Both the position numbers and the translations under genes were made by a program. Below are positions 1-14,447 of a DNA stretch of 64,000 nucleotides, piece after piece. A model generated the notes under the pieces. The model was not told where the DNA came from. It made no database searches and saw only the letters and a program-made list of their open reading frames with translations. The DNA comes from a bacterium (GTDB lineage Bacteria > Patescibacteriota > Microgenomatia > JAMCZE01): positions 3,841 through 67,840 of the forward strand of contig JAKBJL010000004.1 in the NCBI GenBank assembly GCA_021836035.1, read 5' to 3'. Position 1 is the first letter of the stretch. Each line of letters opens with the position of its first letter.

Positions 1-62
1 AAACTCTTGAAAGTGGGAGTTTCATATCCCGTCCTTTCGACGGGAACCGTGATTACCTCTTA

Positions 63-1560
<1,498 letters not shown>

Positions 1561-1791
1561 CTCAAAAAAATCAACGAAGTTAATTTTTGCAGTCCGCCAA
1601 TAATCGCAGCTCGAGCCGCGTCCCGTATTTGCGGAATAAGGCGAGAACTAAGATATGACGGGCAAAAAATTCCCCTTCGTCTTTCCTACCACTTTTTAAA
1701 AGTCATGTACTCGATAAACCAAGCATGATACCGGGTTTGTCAAGGCATTTTTTAAAAAGTCTTATTAATTTTCAAAGAGCGAGAAAAATCA

Positions 1792-1816
1792 TAAAAAAAT
1801 CCCGCCGAGCGGGATT
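1792..1816 (-). terminator. Rho-independent terminator after the methyltransferase gene (hairpin atcccgc/gcgggat followed by a T-run on the minus strand)
   Basis: The plus strand reads aaaaaaatcccgccgagcgggatt. On the minus strand this is a GC stem-loop followed by a T-run, 70 nt downstream of the 1889 stop. Confidence 0.55.
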
Positions 1817-1888
1817 AAGAACCATAAAATCCCCCTCGGTCAAGTTTTTCTCATGGCAGTTTTCATTATATCCGGATTTAAAGTGAAG

Positions 1889-2656
1889 TCAAGTAGACAG
1901 CGTCTTTTGTGCACGAAGCATAAAAGTACCGTTTTCTTGGTTAATAGCGTCTTTGATTCTAATCCGGCGGCGTAAAGGTGCTTTTAATTTTTCGTACATG
2001 CGAACCGAAAAATAATTTCTCGTCAGGAGATTAATTATTTCTTTGGTTCCCTCCTTACCAATTGCAAAACCATGAGTCTCCGCAATGATTTGATCTACTT
2101 GGGGTAATTGGGTTTCTGCTTCTCGTAAGACAGTTAGTTCATTTCCTTCAATATCAATTTTTAATAAATCCACTTTCCCGTTAGCGGTAGCGGCTTCGGA
2201 AACAATTCGGGATAACGGAATCGTTGGGACGGAAACTTGCAGGCATTCTCCGGATTTATGCCATTCCCAGGGAAAGAAAGTGTCACAAGCTGACCCACCG
2301 CGGCTAAAAGGAGACGAGCGGTATCTCTTAATAAAGAGGTTTCGTTGCCCGATATTTTCATCCAAAGCGGCGGGAATGAGATCAACGTTAGTTAGTTTCC
2401 AGCGGTTAACACGTTGTCTCAATAAATAAAAACTATCCGGTGAAGGCTCAATAGCAATAATTTTGGATTTGGGATATTGCCACTTAAAAAAGAGTGTTGA
2501 CAGACCAATATTGGCACCGGCATCGATAATTATCGGATGCTCTGTGGCTGACTGAAAGCGGTAATCGGCGATTACTTCCCGGAAAGTAGCTTGGATTTCC
2601 CGCCATGGAGAATGAATTTGCGGCTGATTAGGAATAGCTAGGCTTTCGGCTTTCAT
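1889..2656 (-). CDS. FkbM-family SAM-dependent methyltransferase
   Basis: IIDAGANIGLSTLFF glycine-rich SAM-binding motif in a 255-aa ORF, pattern typical of the FkbM domain. Confidence 0.55.
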   Translation of the reverse strand: MKAESLAIPNQPQIHSPWREIQATFREVIADYRFQSATEHPIIIDAGANIGLSTLFFKWQYPKSKIIAIEPSPDSFYLLRQRVNRWKLTNVDLIPAALDENIGQRNLFIKRYRSSPFSRGGSACDTFFPWEWHKSGECLQVSVPTIPLSRIVSEAATANGKVDLLKIDIEGNELTVLREAETQLPQVDQIIAETHGFAIGKEGTKEIINLLTRNYFSVRMYEKLKAPLRRRIRIKDAINQENGTFMLRAQKTLST

Positions 2657-2669
2657 AAGAAGGCGTGCG

Positions 2670-5177
2670 TTATTTTTCTAAGGTGGCGACAGCAGCGACG
2701 CGATCGGATTTATCGGAAAAGCGCATTAAAATTACCCCTTGTGTCGGCCGGGACAAGCGCGGCACTGCGGTAAGCGGCAGTCGGATAACCAAACCCTTAG
2801 CGGAAGTCAAAATTAATTGGTCGATTCTCTCGTCAACTTTTCTGGAAGTTACTAATTTACCGGTCCGGTCGGTAACTTGCATGGCTTTGACACCCATGCC
2901 GCCCCTTCTCTGCCGCGGGAACTGGGCGACTTCTGTCCTTTTCCCTACTCCTTTTTCGGAAACCACCAATAAGTCGCAGACGGTCTTCTTATCGCTGATA
3001 ATTTTATTGTTTACCGACTCCATCCCGACAACAAAATCGTCTTTGGATAATTTGATTCCGCGAACACCGATGGTATCTCTCCCCTGCGGTTTAGCTTCTT
3101 TTTCCGCGAAGCGGATCGACTTTCCCAGGTGGGTAACGAGAATTATATCGTCCTCGTTGCCGGTAATTTTAGCCCAGACCAGTTCGTCGCCCGTTTCCAG
3201 TTTGATCGCCGTCAAACCGCTGCGCCGGATATTAGTAAACTCTTCCAGTTTGGTTTTTTTAACCGTTCCTTTGCGGGTGGTCAAAAAGATGTGAAAGTCG
3301 CCGTTATTTTTTAGGCTTGCGGTAGTGTAGGTCAGGAGAGATTCTACGATTTCCCCCTGCTCAATATTAATTGTATTAACAATTGCCTGACCGCGGGCCA
3401 TCCGGGAGGCTTCGGGCAGGTCATAAACTTTTGTTTGGTAAACCTTGCCTTTGTTGGTAAAGAAAAGAATATTATCATGATTATTACAGATCGCGAGGCG
3501 TTCAATCTCGTCCTCGCCGTCTTTAGTAGCCATTCCGGTAACTCCTTTGCCGCCGCGGGCCTGGGCGCGAAAAGAACCCGGAGCCATGCGCTTAACATAA
3601 CCGCTTTTGGTCAGAGCGACAACCATTTCATCGTTGGGGATTAAATCTTCTTCGGCAAATTCACCGACTTTGCCTTTGACTACTTTGGTTCGCCGCTCGT
3701 CACCGAATCTTTCTTTTAATTGCAGAAGTTCGGTCCTGATAACCTTCATAATTTTTTCCGGATGGGCTAATAAGTCTTCCAGATAAGTAATTGTTTCCCG
3801 GACCAGCGCCAGTTCATCTTCAATTTTTTGCCGCTCTAAAGCAGCCAAGCGTCTAAGCTGCATATCCAGAATAGCAACAGCTTGGATTTCCGTCAGTTTA
3901 AAGCGGGCCATTAGTTTCGTTTTGGCTTCATCCGCCGAAGCCGCTTTTTTGATCAGGTCGATAACTTCGTCAATATTATCCACGGCAATTTTTAAGCCTT
4001 CCAAAATATGTTCGCGGGCTTTGGCTTCTTTTAATTCAAACTCGCTACGGCGGGTAACCACATTGCGCCGGTGCTTGAGATATTCCTCCAGGATCATTTT
4101 TAAGGTAAGAGTCTGAGGCGTTTGGTCCACCAGCGCTACCAAATTTACGGGGTAGGAAATCTGCAGTTCGGTATGCTTAAACAGATTATTCAAAACTGAC
4201 TGCGGGCGGGCGTCGCGCTTTAATTCAATGTAGACGCGAATGCCGCGCCGGTCCGATTCATCGCGCAGGTCAGAGATCCCCTCAATCTTTTTATCGCGGA
4301 CTAAATCGGCAACTTTAGTTATTAATTCCGCTTTATTTACCTGGTAAGGCATTTCGGAAACGATGATAGCGCTTTTACCGTTCCCCTGTTCTTCAATTTC
4401 CGTTTTAGCGCGTAGAATTATTTTCCCACGTCCGGTACCGTAGGAAGCGAGAATTTCCTTTTGGTCGTAAATGATCCCGCCGGTTGGGAAATCGGGTCCT
4501 TTTATAAATTGCACCAGCTCTTCCACGCCGACTTCATTACCGTCCTTTTTGTCAATCAGGTAAACCAGGGCGTCAACTACTTCGGAAAGGTTATGCGGTG
4601 GTATTTTTGTCGCCATCCCGACCGCAATACCGTCGGCGCCCATGAGAAGCAGATTGGGAAGCAGGGCCGGCAGACAGGTGGGTTCCTGGTCGGTGTTGGC
4701 ATAATTAGGAATAAAATCAACGGTATTTTTTTCGATATCCAATAAAAGATAGTCGGAAATGGCGGCCATTCTTGCCTCCGTATAACGGTAAGCTGCCGGT
4801 GGATCGCCGTCCATGGAACCAAAATTGCCTTGCCCGTCAATTAAGGGGTAACGGAGGCTGAAATCCTGAGCCATGCGGGCTAAGGCATCATAAACTGGAA
4901 TATCACCGTGGGGATGATAATTTTTCAAAACTTCGCCGATAACAGCTGCGCACTTAGAATATTTCGATGTGTGATGCAGACCCATGCGGTGCATGGCATA
5001 TATAATCCGCCGGTGTACCGGCTTAAGTCCGTCGCGGACGTCAGGAAGCGCCCGGGAAACGATAACGGACATGGCGTAGTCGAGATAAGCCGTCTGCATT
5101 TCCTCGGTAATTTCCGAAAGGAGAATGCGACCGACATTGGTCTGGGGTTTAGGATCCGCTTTGTCGTCCTTAGCCAT
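2670..5177 (-). CDS. gyrA: DNA gyrase subunit A
   Basis: 835 aa. N-terminus [43 protein letters not shown], the active-site Tyr region, and the C-terminal beta-pinwheel repeats. Confidence 0.95.
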   Translation of the reverse strand: MAKDDKADPKPQTNVGRILLSEITEEMQTAYLDYAMSVIVSRALPDVRDGLKPVHRRIIYAMHRMGLHHTSKYSKCAAVIGEVLKNYHPHGDIPVYDALARMAQDFSLRYPLIDGQGNFGSMDGDPPAAYRYTEARMAAISDYLLLDIEKNTVDFIPNYANTDQEPTCLPALLPNLLLMGADGIAVGMATKIPPHNLSEVVDALVYLIDKKDGNEVGVEELVQFIKGPDFPTGGIIYDQKEILASYGTGRGKIILRAKTEIEEQGNGKSAIIVSEMPYQVNKAELITKVADLVRDKKIEGISDLRDESDRRGIRVYIELKRDARPQSVLNNLFKHTELQISYPVNLVALVDQTPQTLTLKMILEEYLKHRRNVVTRRSEFELKEAKAREHILEGLKIAVDNIDEVIDLIKKAASADEAKTKLMARFKLTEIQAVAILDMQLRRLAALERQKIEDELALVRETITYLEDLLAHPEKIMKVIRTELLQLKERFGDERRTKVVKGKVGEFAEEDLIPNDEMVVALTKSGYVKRMAPGSFRAQARGGKGVTGMATKDGEDEIERLAICNNHDNILFFTNKGKVYQTKVYDLPEASRMARGQAIVNTINIEQGEIVESLLTYTTASLKNNGDFHIFLTTRKGTVKKTKLEEFTNIRRSGLTAIKLETGDELVWAKITGNEDDIILVTHLGKSIRFAEKEAKPQGRDTIGVRGIKLSKDDFVVGMESVNNKIISDKKTVCDLLVVSEKGVGKRTEVAQFPRQRRGGMGVKAMQVTDRTGKLVTSRKVDERIDQLILTSAKGLVIRLPLTAVPRLSRPTQGVILMRFSDKSDRVAAVATLEK

Positions 5178-5191
5178 TTTTGCGTTTAAAA

Positions 5192-5210
5192 ATCTCCCCT
5201 AACGGGAGAT
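5192..5210 (-). promoter_or_regulatory. 7-bp GC-containing hairpin (atctccc-ctaac-gggagat) plus a T-run, 14 nt upstream of the gyrA start codon; possible attenuator or terminator of the upstream gene
   Basis: The inverted repeat is seen directly in the sequence. On the mRNA strand it is followed by TTTTAAACGCAAAA and then AUG. Confidence 0.35.
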
Positions 5211-5574
5211 TCTACTACCTAAATTGTACTAAATTCGGAAAGGTTTGTCCAGGGTAAAAGGGACAAAAATGAAGCTAATATAGACTATGCGGGTAAATGT
5301 TTGCCGTCAGGAAATTGTATCTAATGTCCCCAAACGGTCATTATGGTCGGACACTTGGCGGTGCAGGACTAAATGGTCATCACGGATATCACGAAGTTGC
5401 TTCATAGCTTTATTGAGAAATTCAAAAACCTGATCAAATCTTTTTTCAATAGCATTAAACCTTTCTTCGTACACTTTCTTCGGTCAGAACTTTTTGCGCC
5501 ATAAAATAAATATACTTTTTAGAAATATTGAGCGTCAATTACAGAAAGGTAAGAAAACAGGAAATCTTAATTTT

Positions 5575-7602
5575 TTAAATTCCGAAGAGCAGGATTACGA
5601 GGGGGGCGATAAGGAGGGCGACGATGTTGATAATTTTAATCATGGGATTGATTGCCGGACCGGCAGTGTCTTTTAAGGGGTCGCCGACGGTATCCCCCAC
5701 CACGGCGGCTTTGTGGGCATCAGATCCCTTGCCGCCGAAATTTCCGTCTTCGATATATTTTTTAGCGTTGTCCCAAGCACCGCCAGTATTGGCCATAAAT
5801 AGCGCCATTAAAAGCCCGGCAGCAATTGTCCCGCCTAAAAATCCGCCTAAAGCTTGCGCTCCCAGGAAGCTAATAGCGATCGGGCTACCGATTACTAAAG
5901 CCGCCGGAATAACCAACTCTCTTTGGGCCGCAGCCGTAGAAATTTCCACGCAGCGGGCATAATCCGGCTTAGCTTTTCCCTCCATAATTCCCTTGATTTC
6001 TCTCCATTGGCGACGAACCTCTTCGACCATTTCGAAGGCAGCCCTGCCTACGGCGGAAATCAGACGGGAACTAAACAAAAACGGCACGGCTGCACCCAGT
6101 AACAATCCCGTAAAAGTTTTCGGATCGGCAATGTTAATCGCTTTCAATCCCGTTAATTCAAAATAGGTGGCAAATAAAGACGAGGCGGCAACCGCTGCGG
6201 AAGCAATGGCAAACCCTTTGGTTAAAGCTTTCGTGGTATTCCCTACCGCGTCCAGACTACTGGTTACTTTAACAGCCATACCTTCAGTGAGCCCTGCCAT
6301 TTCCGCAATTCCCTGTGCATTATCGGAAATCGGTCCGAATGTATCGAGGGACATAATAATGCCGGTGGTCGCGAGCATTCCCATCCCCGCAAGGGAAATT
6401 CCGTAAAAACCGATCAGCCAATAACCCACTAAAATCGCCGCAGCCACTACGAGTATAGACGGGATTGTGGATTCTAACCCGATAGCCAAACCGGCGATAA
6501 TGTTAGTTCCGGCTCCCGTAGTAGAAGCTTTGGCAATAGCGATGACCGGTTTTTCCGCCGGTCCGGTATAGTATTTGGTAATGTATAAAATAGCCAGCAT
6601 GGCAATAATGCCGCTAACGGCGGCCAGTCCGGCACGGGGTTCGTTTAATAGTAAAACCGAAAGTACCATAAAGATAACCACAGCGGCTACGGCAGCAAGA
6701 ATAAAACCGCGCATGAGTGGCGTTAGGGGATTTTCCTGGTCGTTTTTTGCCTTCACAAAAAATGTTCCTAAAATAGAGGTCCAAATTGCTCCGGAGCGGG
6801 CAAGCAGTGGAAAAACTACTCCCGGAAGACCGAACATGGAACCGCCGAGAATCATGGCGGCAACAATCGTTACGGCATAAGACTCAAAAACGTCCGCGCC
6901 CATTCCCGCACAATCACCGACATTATCGCCTACTAGATCCGCAATAACCGCCGGGTTGCGGGGGTCGTCTTCGGGGATTCCCTTTTCCACCTTACCGACT
7001 AAATCAGCACCGACATCTGCCGCTTTAGTATAAATTCCCCCTCCGACCCGCATAAATAAAGCTAATAAACAGGCGCCGAATCCATAGCCGGTCAAAACAC
7101 TGGTGGCTAGTTTGGTTACAGCATCTGCCCCCTCGTTGATTTTTAAAAAGTAGCTGGCAACGTAAATAATAGAAACGCCAAGAAGACCTAAGCCTACAAT
7201 CAACATTCCGTTAACGGTTCCGGCGCCGAAAGCAATTTGGAGAGCGGGATTAAGTCCGAGAGTCGCCCCTTGCGCAGTGCGCATATTGGCTTTGACCGCA
7301 ATCCACATGGCGACATAGCCGGTAAGGTAGGAAAATACTCCCCCCAATACAAAAGTGGCGGCAATTCCCCACCCCAGGGTCAATCCTAAAAGAACCGTTA
7401 AAATTAAAAGAATTGGAACAACTACCCGCAATTGTTTAGAAAGATAAGCCATAGAGCCGCTGGCGATTGCTTTACCGATATCCTGCATTTGGGGACTTCC
7501 CGCATCCTGAGAAGTAACTTTTTTTACTAAATAAGCCCCATAGAGAAGTGCGCAGATAGCCGTTAAGGGGGCAAGGGTTAAAGCGATGATTTGAATATCC
7601 AT
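5575..7602 (-). CDS. hppA: Membrane-bound proton-translocating pyrophosphatase (H+-PPase)
   Basis: GDNVGDCAGMGADVFESY hallmark motif, polytopic hydrophobic profile, ~675 aa. The start is taken at the MDIQII methionine at 7602 rather than the upstream ORF-track start at 7647, which lies inside a hairpin. Confidence 0.85.
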   Translation of the reverse strand: MDIQIIALTLAPLTAICALLYGAYLVKKVTSQDAGSPQMQDIGKAIASGSMAYLSKQLRVVVPILLILTVLLGLTLGWGIAATFVLGGVFSYLTGYVAMWIAVKANMRTAQGATLGLNPALQIAFGAGTVNGMLIVGLGLLGVSIIYVASYFLKINEGADAVTKLATSVLTGYGFGACLLALFMRVGGGIYTKAADVGADLVGKVEKGIPEDDPRNPAVIADLVGDNVGDCAGMGADVFESYAVTIVAAMILGGSMFGLPGVVFPLLARSGAIWTSILGTFFVKAKNDQENPLTPLMRGFILAAVAAVVIFMVLSVLLLNEPRAGLAAVSGIIAMLAILYITKYYTGPAEKPVIAIAKASTTGAGTNIIAGLAIGLESTIPSILVVAAAILVGYWLIGFYGISLAGMGMLATTGIIMSLDTFGPISDNAQGIAEMAGLTEGMAVKVTSSLDAVGNTTKALTKGFAIASAAVAASSLFATYFELTGLKAINIADPKTFTGLLLGAAVPFLFSSRLISAVGRAAFEMVEEVRRQWREIKGIMEGKAKPDYARCVEISTAAAQRELVIPAALVIGSPIAISFLGAQALGGFLGGTIAAGLLMALFMANTGGAWDNAKKYIEDGNFGGKGSDAHKAAVVGDTVGDPLKDTAGPAINPMIKIINIVALLIAPLVILLFGI

Positions 7603-7620
7603 ACCTAGCCTGTTTTTATT

Positions 7621-7652
7621 ATAAAAAAACCCCTTTTGGAAATACAAGGGTT
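7621..7652 (-). terminator. Hairpin (ccctt...aaggg) followed by a T-run on the minus strand, just downstream of the gyrB stop
   Basis: The plus strand reads aaaaaaaccccttttggaaatacaagggtt. On the minus strand this is a stem-loop followed by a U-run. Confidence 0.45.
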
Positions 7653-7657
7653 ATTTT

Positions 7658-9649
<1,992 letters not shown>

Positions 9650-9695
9650 TCATGGTGTAGATATATTTTAGCAAAATTAGGAGGTTATGTCTATC

Positions 9696-10370
9696 CTAAG
9701 ATGGCTCAGGGAGGAAAAGATTTTCCAAAGTCAGACGTACATTTATGTTCGCGTGAAGATAAACCAGCGCTTGCTGCAGGCGGCGGATTTGCCGGGATGA
9801 TTGTCGGTTTTTATCCTGAAGGAGCTGCCGGCGCGCTACCAGAAGCATTTTCAGCAGCTGTTGTTTAGCATTCGCCCGGTCCTTGCTCAGGGTTTCTGCC
9901 CAGCGGAAGCCTCGGGGAATATTTCCCGTAGCTATCCAGCCTAGGGTCTCTTCCAAAGCTTTCTTCTCCCCGCTTTCCAGGGAGATTTCCGCCTCTGGAG
10001 ACAGAGGAATGATCCGGCAGCGGGAAACGATGGTGGGCAGGATCAGTTCCTCTGTCGGGGATAATAATATAATAATAGTATCCCCCGGCGGCTCCTCCAA
10101 TAGCTTCAAAAGGGCGTTCTGAGCCTCTATAGTAAGATTTTCTGCCCGACAAATAACGGCAAATTTTCGCGGTAGATTGAGCGGGCGAAGCTTCAAGCGG
10201 GACTGGAGATCGCGGATCCGGTCAATTCCGATTGCCTCCGGGAAATCCCAAAAAATAATATCCGGTTGGTTCGGGGTTAGGTCCGCGCCGAAACCGGTAA
10301 TTATTTCCCGGGTTTCCCTAATCCTCACGGAAGGTGTCCCGCCGGTGATGAGGATACTCGTTGACATCAT
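9696..10370 (-). CDS. holB: DNA polymerase III delta-prime-like clamp-loader subunit, short form
   Basis: LKLLEEPP motif (consensus LKTLEEPP) and the SRC motif (TIVSRCRII) in 224 aa. Shorter than the typical ~330 aa. Confidence 0.55.
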   Translation of the reverse strand: MMSTSILITGGTPSVRIRETREIITGFGADLTPNQPDIIFWDFPEAIGIDRIRDLQSRLKLRPLNLPRKFAVICRAENLTIEAQNALLKLLEEPPGDTIIILLSPTEELILPTIVSRCRIIPLSPEAEISLESGEKKALEETLGWIATGNIPRGFRWAETLSKDRANAKQQLLKMLLVARRQLLQDKNRQSSRQIRRLQQALVYLHANINVRLTLENLFLPEPS

Positions 10371-10448
10371 AGCTTCCCGCCATGTTACAATGGATTAAGT
10401 CCCGAGACAAGTCCGGCGAAAAGTCGCATAAAATCGGGATGTCTGCCC

Positions 10449-12176
10449 ATGAAAGTAGCAAATGAGGGAAGCTTGGAAGACCTTCTTTTTGAGGAGAAAG
10501 TCCTCTCCTCCGATCAGTTGTCATTGGTAAAACTGGAACATATCAACAGCGGTAAAAGTTCCGAAGAAATTCTCCTCGACCGCGGATTTGCCACCCAACA
10601 ACAATTGGTGCAAGCCCGGGCGAAATTGATCGGAATTCCCTTTGTCGATGTTGCTTCCACGGCTATTTCGCCAGAAGTTTTAACTTTTATTCCGGAACAG
10701 GTCGCGCGCCGCTACCTGCTTATTCCCTTTGAATATGACCAAAAATCCAATTCTTTATCCTTGGCGATGGCTGACCCTTTGGATTTGCAGGTATTGGAAT
10801 TCGTTGAGAAAAAAAGCAAAACCACGATTAAACCCTTTTTGGGAGTTCCTGAGGAAATTAAGCAGGCGATTGACAATCAATACAGCCAAAGTTTAACCAC
10901 GGAAGTTTCGGCGGCTCTTAAGGAGGCTCCGGAAACCGCCATAGAAAAACAACTGGCTGCTGCCAAATCAGGCGGCGAGGTAATTATCCGCGAGGCTCCG
11001 GTCACTAAGATCGTCAATACTCTTTTGGAGTTTGCCATCCGCTCACGCGCTTCCGATATCCATATCGAACCTCTGGAGGATAAAACACGCGTACGCTACC
11101 GTATTGATGGGATTCTGCACGAGAAATTAATCCTGCCAAAAAAAGTCCATGACAGCGTCGTTTCCCGGATTAAGATAATGTCCGACATGAAAATTGACGA
11201 GCGGCGCCTTCCTCAGGACGGTCGTTTCAATTTCAAATCCGGCGAGGACGAAATAGATTTGCGTGTCTCTTCCCTGCCGACGGCACACGGCGAAAAAATC
11301 GTGATGCGGCTTCTCAAGAAAAGCGGCGGCGTACCCACCTTGCAGGACTTGGGTTTGCGCGGGACAGCTTTAAAAAATTTGGAAATTGCCATGCTCCGCC
11401 CCCACGGGATTATTATTGTCTGCGGGCCTACCGGTTCTGGTAAAACGACGACGCTGTATGCCGTTCTCTCAAAAATTAACTCCTCCAAAGTAAATATTGT
11501 GACTTTGGAAGATCCGGTGGAGTACCAGATGGTCGGTGTAAATCAGGTCCAGATTAACCCCCAGGCGGGTTTGACTTTTGCCTCGGGCTTGCGCTCCTTT
11601 TTACGCCAGGATCCCAATATTATTCTCGTCGGGGAAATCCGGGATGTGGAAACAGCCGATTTGGCTATTCAGGCGGCCTTAACCGGCCACTTAGTATTTT
11701 CTACTCTCCATACCAGCAATGCCGCCGGCGCACTCCCGCGTTTGCTGGATATGAAAGCGGAACCTTTTCTTTTAGCTTCCTCGATGAACGCGATTGTCGG
11801 ACAGCGTATCGCCCGTCGCGTTTGTCCTCACTGTAAGGAGCCTTATAGTCCCCCCGACGAAATTGCCGAAGACATGCGTAAGGTTTTAGGAAGGCTGCTT
11901 CCCCAGGATAAATTAAAAGACGGCAAAATCGTGCTCTACCGCGGTAAGGGTTGTGATGAATGTGCCAATACCGGGTATGTTGGTAGGATAGGTATTTTTG
12001 AGGTCTTGCCAGTTAGTGAAAGAATTGGCAAAATGGTATTAGAGCATGCTTCCGCAGCCGAAGTCGAAGCTCAGGCGGTAAGTGAAGGAATGATTACCAT
12101 GAAGCAGGATGGTTATTTAAAGGCGATAGAGGCTATGACCACCCTGGAAGAAGTCTTAAGGGTCGCTCAGGATTAA
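10449..12176 (+). CDS. pilB: Type IV pilus assembly ATPase PilB (GspE family)
   Basis: 575 aa. N-terminal GspE_N-like domain, Walker A GPTGSGKTTTLYA, and the CxxC...CxxC tetracysteine motif (CPHCK...CDEC). Confidence 0.9.
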   Translation: MKVANEGSLEDLLFEEKVLSSDQLSLVKLEHINSGKSSEEILLDRGFATQQQLVQARAKLIGIPFVDVASTAISPEVLTFIPEQVARRYLLIPFEYDQKSNSLSLAMADPLDLQVLEFVEKKSKTTIKPFLGVPEEIKQAIDNQYSQSLTTEVSAALKEAPETAIEKQLAAAKSGGEVIIREAPVTKIVNTLLEFAIRSRASDIHIEPLEDKTRVRYRIDGILHEKLILPKKVHDSVVSRIKIMSDMKIDERRLPQDGRFNFKSGEDEIDLRVSSLPTAHGEKIVMRLLKKSGGVPTLQDLGLRGTALKNLEIAMLRPHGIIIVCGPTGSGKTTTLYAVLSKINSSKVNIVTLEDPVEYQMVGVNQVQINPQAGLTFASGLRSFLRQDPNIILVGEIRDVETADLAIQAALTGHLVFSTLHTSNAAGALPRLLDMKAEPFLLASSMNAIVGQRIARRVCPHCKEPYSPPDEIAEDMRKVLGRLLPQDKLKDGKIVLYRGKGCDECANTGYVGRIGIFEVLPVSERIGKMVLEHASAAEVEAQAVSEGMITMKQDGYLKAIEAMTTLEEVLRVAQD

Positions 12177-12179
12177 AAT

Positions 12180-13241
12180 ATGGATATCCAGGAATTATTG
12201 CAAATTACGATCCAGCGGAATGCTTCCGATCTGCATTTATTAACCGGTTATTCACCGATCGTCAGGATTGACGGCGAACTTATCCCCCTTAATACTTATC
12301 CCAAATTAACACCAACCGATGTGGAAACCTTGGTTTACTCCTTATTGACCGGTGAACAAAAAGAATTATTAACGGTTAACAAAGAAATTGACTTTTCCTA
12401 CGAATTTACCGGGGGCGCCCGTTTTCGGATCAATGCCTACAGCCAAAAGGGATCATGGTCAGCGGCTCTCCGCCACCTGCCGATGCATATCCGGGATATC
12501 GATCAGCTGAATTTGCCGCAGATTATGCATCAGTTTACCACTCTGCGCCAGGGATTTGTTTTGGTTACCGGGCCAACAGGACACGGCAAATCAACGAGTC
12601 TCGCCGCTATGGTCAACGAAATCAATATCTCACGGGCGGCGCATATTGTGACTATCGAAGACCCGATTGAATATGTTTATCCCCCTGGCAAATCCATTAT
12701 TTCCCAAAGGGAGATGCACCTGGATACCCATTCCTGGAATATGGCTTTAAGAAGTGCATTGCGCGAAGATCCGGACGTCGTTCTGATCGGGGAAATGCGC
12801 GATTATGAAACGATCGCCGCCGCCTTAACTATTGCCGAAACCGGACATTTGGTTTTTGCCACCCTGCATACCAACGACTCTTCTCAGACTATCGACCGGA
12901 TAGTGGATGTTTTTCCGGAGAACCAACAAACGCAGGTCCGTTTGCAGCTTTCTAATGTTTTGGAAGCGGTTGTGTCCCAAAGGCTGGTTCCCAGGACAAA
13001 AGGCGGACGGATTCCGGTAACGGAGATACTTCTCGCTACCCCGGCGGTCCAAAATTCGATTCGTGAAGGGAAAACCCATCTAATTCCCAATATTATTCAG
13101 ACCTCGGGAGAATTAGGCATGTGCATGCTAGAGAAATCGCTTGCCGAGTGGGTCAAGAAAGGCGAAATTTCCATGGAAACAGCCGGTGAGTACACCACCC
13201 GGCCGGAGGAGGTTACGCGACTTGTACGGTCCAAAGTTTAA
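12180..13241 (+). CDS. pilT: Type IV pilus retraction ATPase PilT
   Basis: 353 aa. Walker A GPTGHGKST, and the pattern ILIGEMRDYETIAAALTIAETGHLVFATLHTNDS typical of PilT/PilU. Confidence 0.9.
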   Translation: MDIQELLQITIQRNASDLHLLTGYSPIVRIDGELIPLNTYPKLTPTDVETLVYSLLTGEQKELLTVNKEIDFSYEFTGGARFRINAYSQKGSWSAALRHLPMHIRDIDQLNLPQIMHQFTTLRQGFVLVTGPTGHGKSTSLAAMVNEINISRAAHIVTIEDPIEYVYPPGKSIISQREMHLDTHSWNMALRSALREDPDVVLIGEMRDYETIAAALTIAETGHLVFATLHTNDSSQTIDRIVDVFPENQQTQVRLQLSNVLEAVVSQRLVPRTKGGRIPVTEILLATPAVQNSIREGKTHLIPNIIQTSGELGMCMLEKSLAEWVKKGEISMETAGEYTTRPEEVTRLVRSKV

Positions 13242-13244
13242 GCT

Positions 13245-14447
13245 ATGAACTACTATAACTACAAGGCCAAGGATGCCTCTGGCCGCTACCAAGATGGCAC
13301 AATCGAAGCGGTTGACGAGAAACAGGCCGGAGCGTTATTAAGAAGCCACGGGCTATTCGTGATCCGGATCAACCCCAAGGTAAAACTTCTTTCCGGAGAT
13401 TTATCTTTTATGAAAGGCGTTTCTCAATCTGAGGTCGCCCACTTTACCCGTTATCTGGCGACAATGTTAGGTACGGGTTTACCCCTAACAGACGCCCTTT
13501 CTAATTTGCAAAGCCAATCCAGCCCGGCATTGGCGGAAGTGATTTCTTCTATGACTCGGGATATTTCCGGCGGATCAAACCTCTCGGATGCGATGGGGCG
13601 TTTCCCGAAAGTTTTTAACAACCTTTATTTTAATCTGGTACGGGCGGGTGAAGCAAGCGGGACGATTGATGAGTCCCTAAACCGGCTGGCCGACACTTTG
13701 GAGAAGGAATTAGATTTTAAAGGTAAAGTAACGGGAGCGATGGTTTACCCCATTATTGTGGTTTCGGCAATGGGGATTATTGCTACCATTATGATGACCG
13801 TGGTTATTCCGAAAATCGCCGAGGTTTATAAACAATTCGGCGCTGATCTGCCCCTGCCGACGCAGATTTTAATTACGGTGTCCAATTTTATTACCAATTA
13901 CACCATTGTGGTAATTATTGTTCTGGCCGGGGTTGTGATTGCTTACCGCTCTTTTAAACAGACCCCCGCCGGCGATTATTTTTTATCCAATCTCTCTTTC
14001 AAAATTCCCGTTTTCGGGTCGCTGAACAAAGAAGTAACTCTCGCCGTAATGACCCGGACGCTTGGGGCTATGGTAGGTTCGGGGATTTCGATATTAGAAG
14101 CACTAAATATTGTGGCGGATACTGTTGGTAATAATATCTATCGTGAGGGTTTAATGATTGCCGCTAAAGATGTAGAAAAAGGTTTCCCCTTCTCCATGAG
14201 CCTGAAAAATGACCAGAATTTTCCCACGATTATTTCCCAGATGGTCGGCATCGGCGAGGAAACCGGGACGATGGATAAAAGCCTGCAGCGCCTGGCGGTC
14301 TTCTTCGAGGATTCCGCGGAGCGCCGGGTAAAGACCCTAACGACCGCTTTGGAACCGATCCTGATCCTAATTATGGGCGTAGGTGTTGCGGGATTGGCAA
14401 TTGCAATCCTGATGCCGATGTTTAACCTGGTTAATGTTATTAAATAA
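13245..14447 (+). CDS. pilC: Type IV pilus platform protein PilC (GspF family)
   Basis: 400 aa with two GspF repeats and three TM segments. It sits immediately after pilB-pilT. Confidence 0.88.
   Translation: MNYYNYKAKDASGRYQDGTIEAVDEKQAGALLRSHGLFVIRINPKVKLLSGDLSFMKGVSQSEVAHFTRYLATMLGTGLPLTDALSNLQSQSSPALAEVISSMTRDISGGSNLSDAMGRFPKVFNNLYFNLVRAGEASGTIDESLNRLADTLEKELDFKGKVTGAMVYPIIVVSAMGIIATIMMTVVIPKIAEVYKQFGADLPLPTQILITVSNFITNYTIVVIIVLAGVVIAYRSFKQTPAGDYFLSNLSFKIPVFGSLNKEVTLAVMTRTLGAMVGSGISILEALNIVADTVGNNIYREGLMIAAKDVEKGFPFSMSLKNDQNFPTIISQMVGIGEETGTMDKSLQRLAVFFEDSAERRVKTLTTALEPILILIMGVGVAGLAIAILMPMFNLVNVIK

Noticed and set aside
1735-1742. Candidate 16S promoter (-35 TTGACA on the minus strand at ~1737-1742)
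   Set aside because: No acceptable -10 hexamer lies 16-19 nt downstream on the minus strand, so I did not call it.
7603-7647. Upstream start (7647, MYFQKGFFYNKNRLG…) for hppA given by the ORF track
   Set aside because: The extra 15 codons overlap the gyrB terminator hairpin and do not resemble an H+-PPase N-terminus. The MDIQII start at 7602 was preferred.
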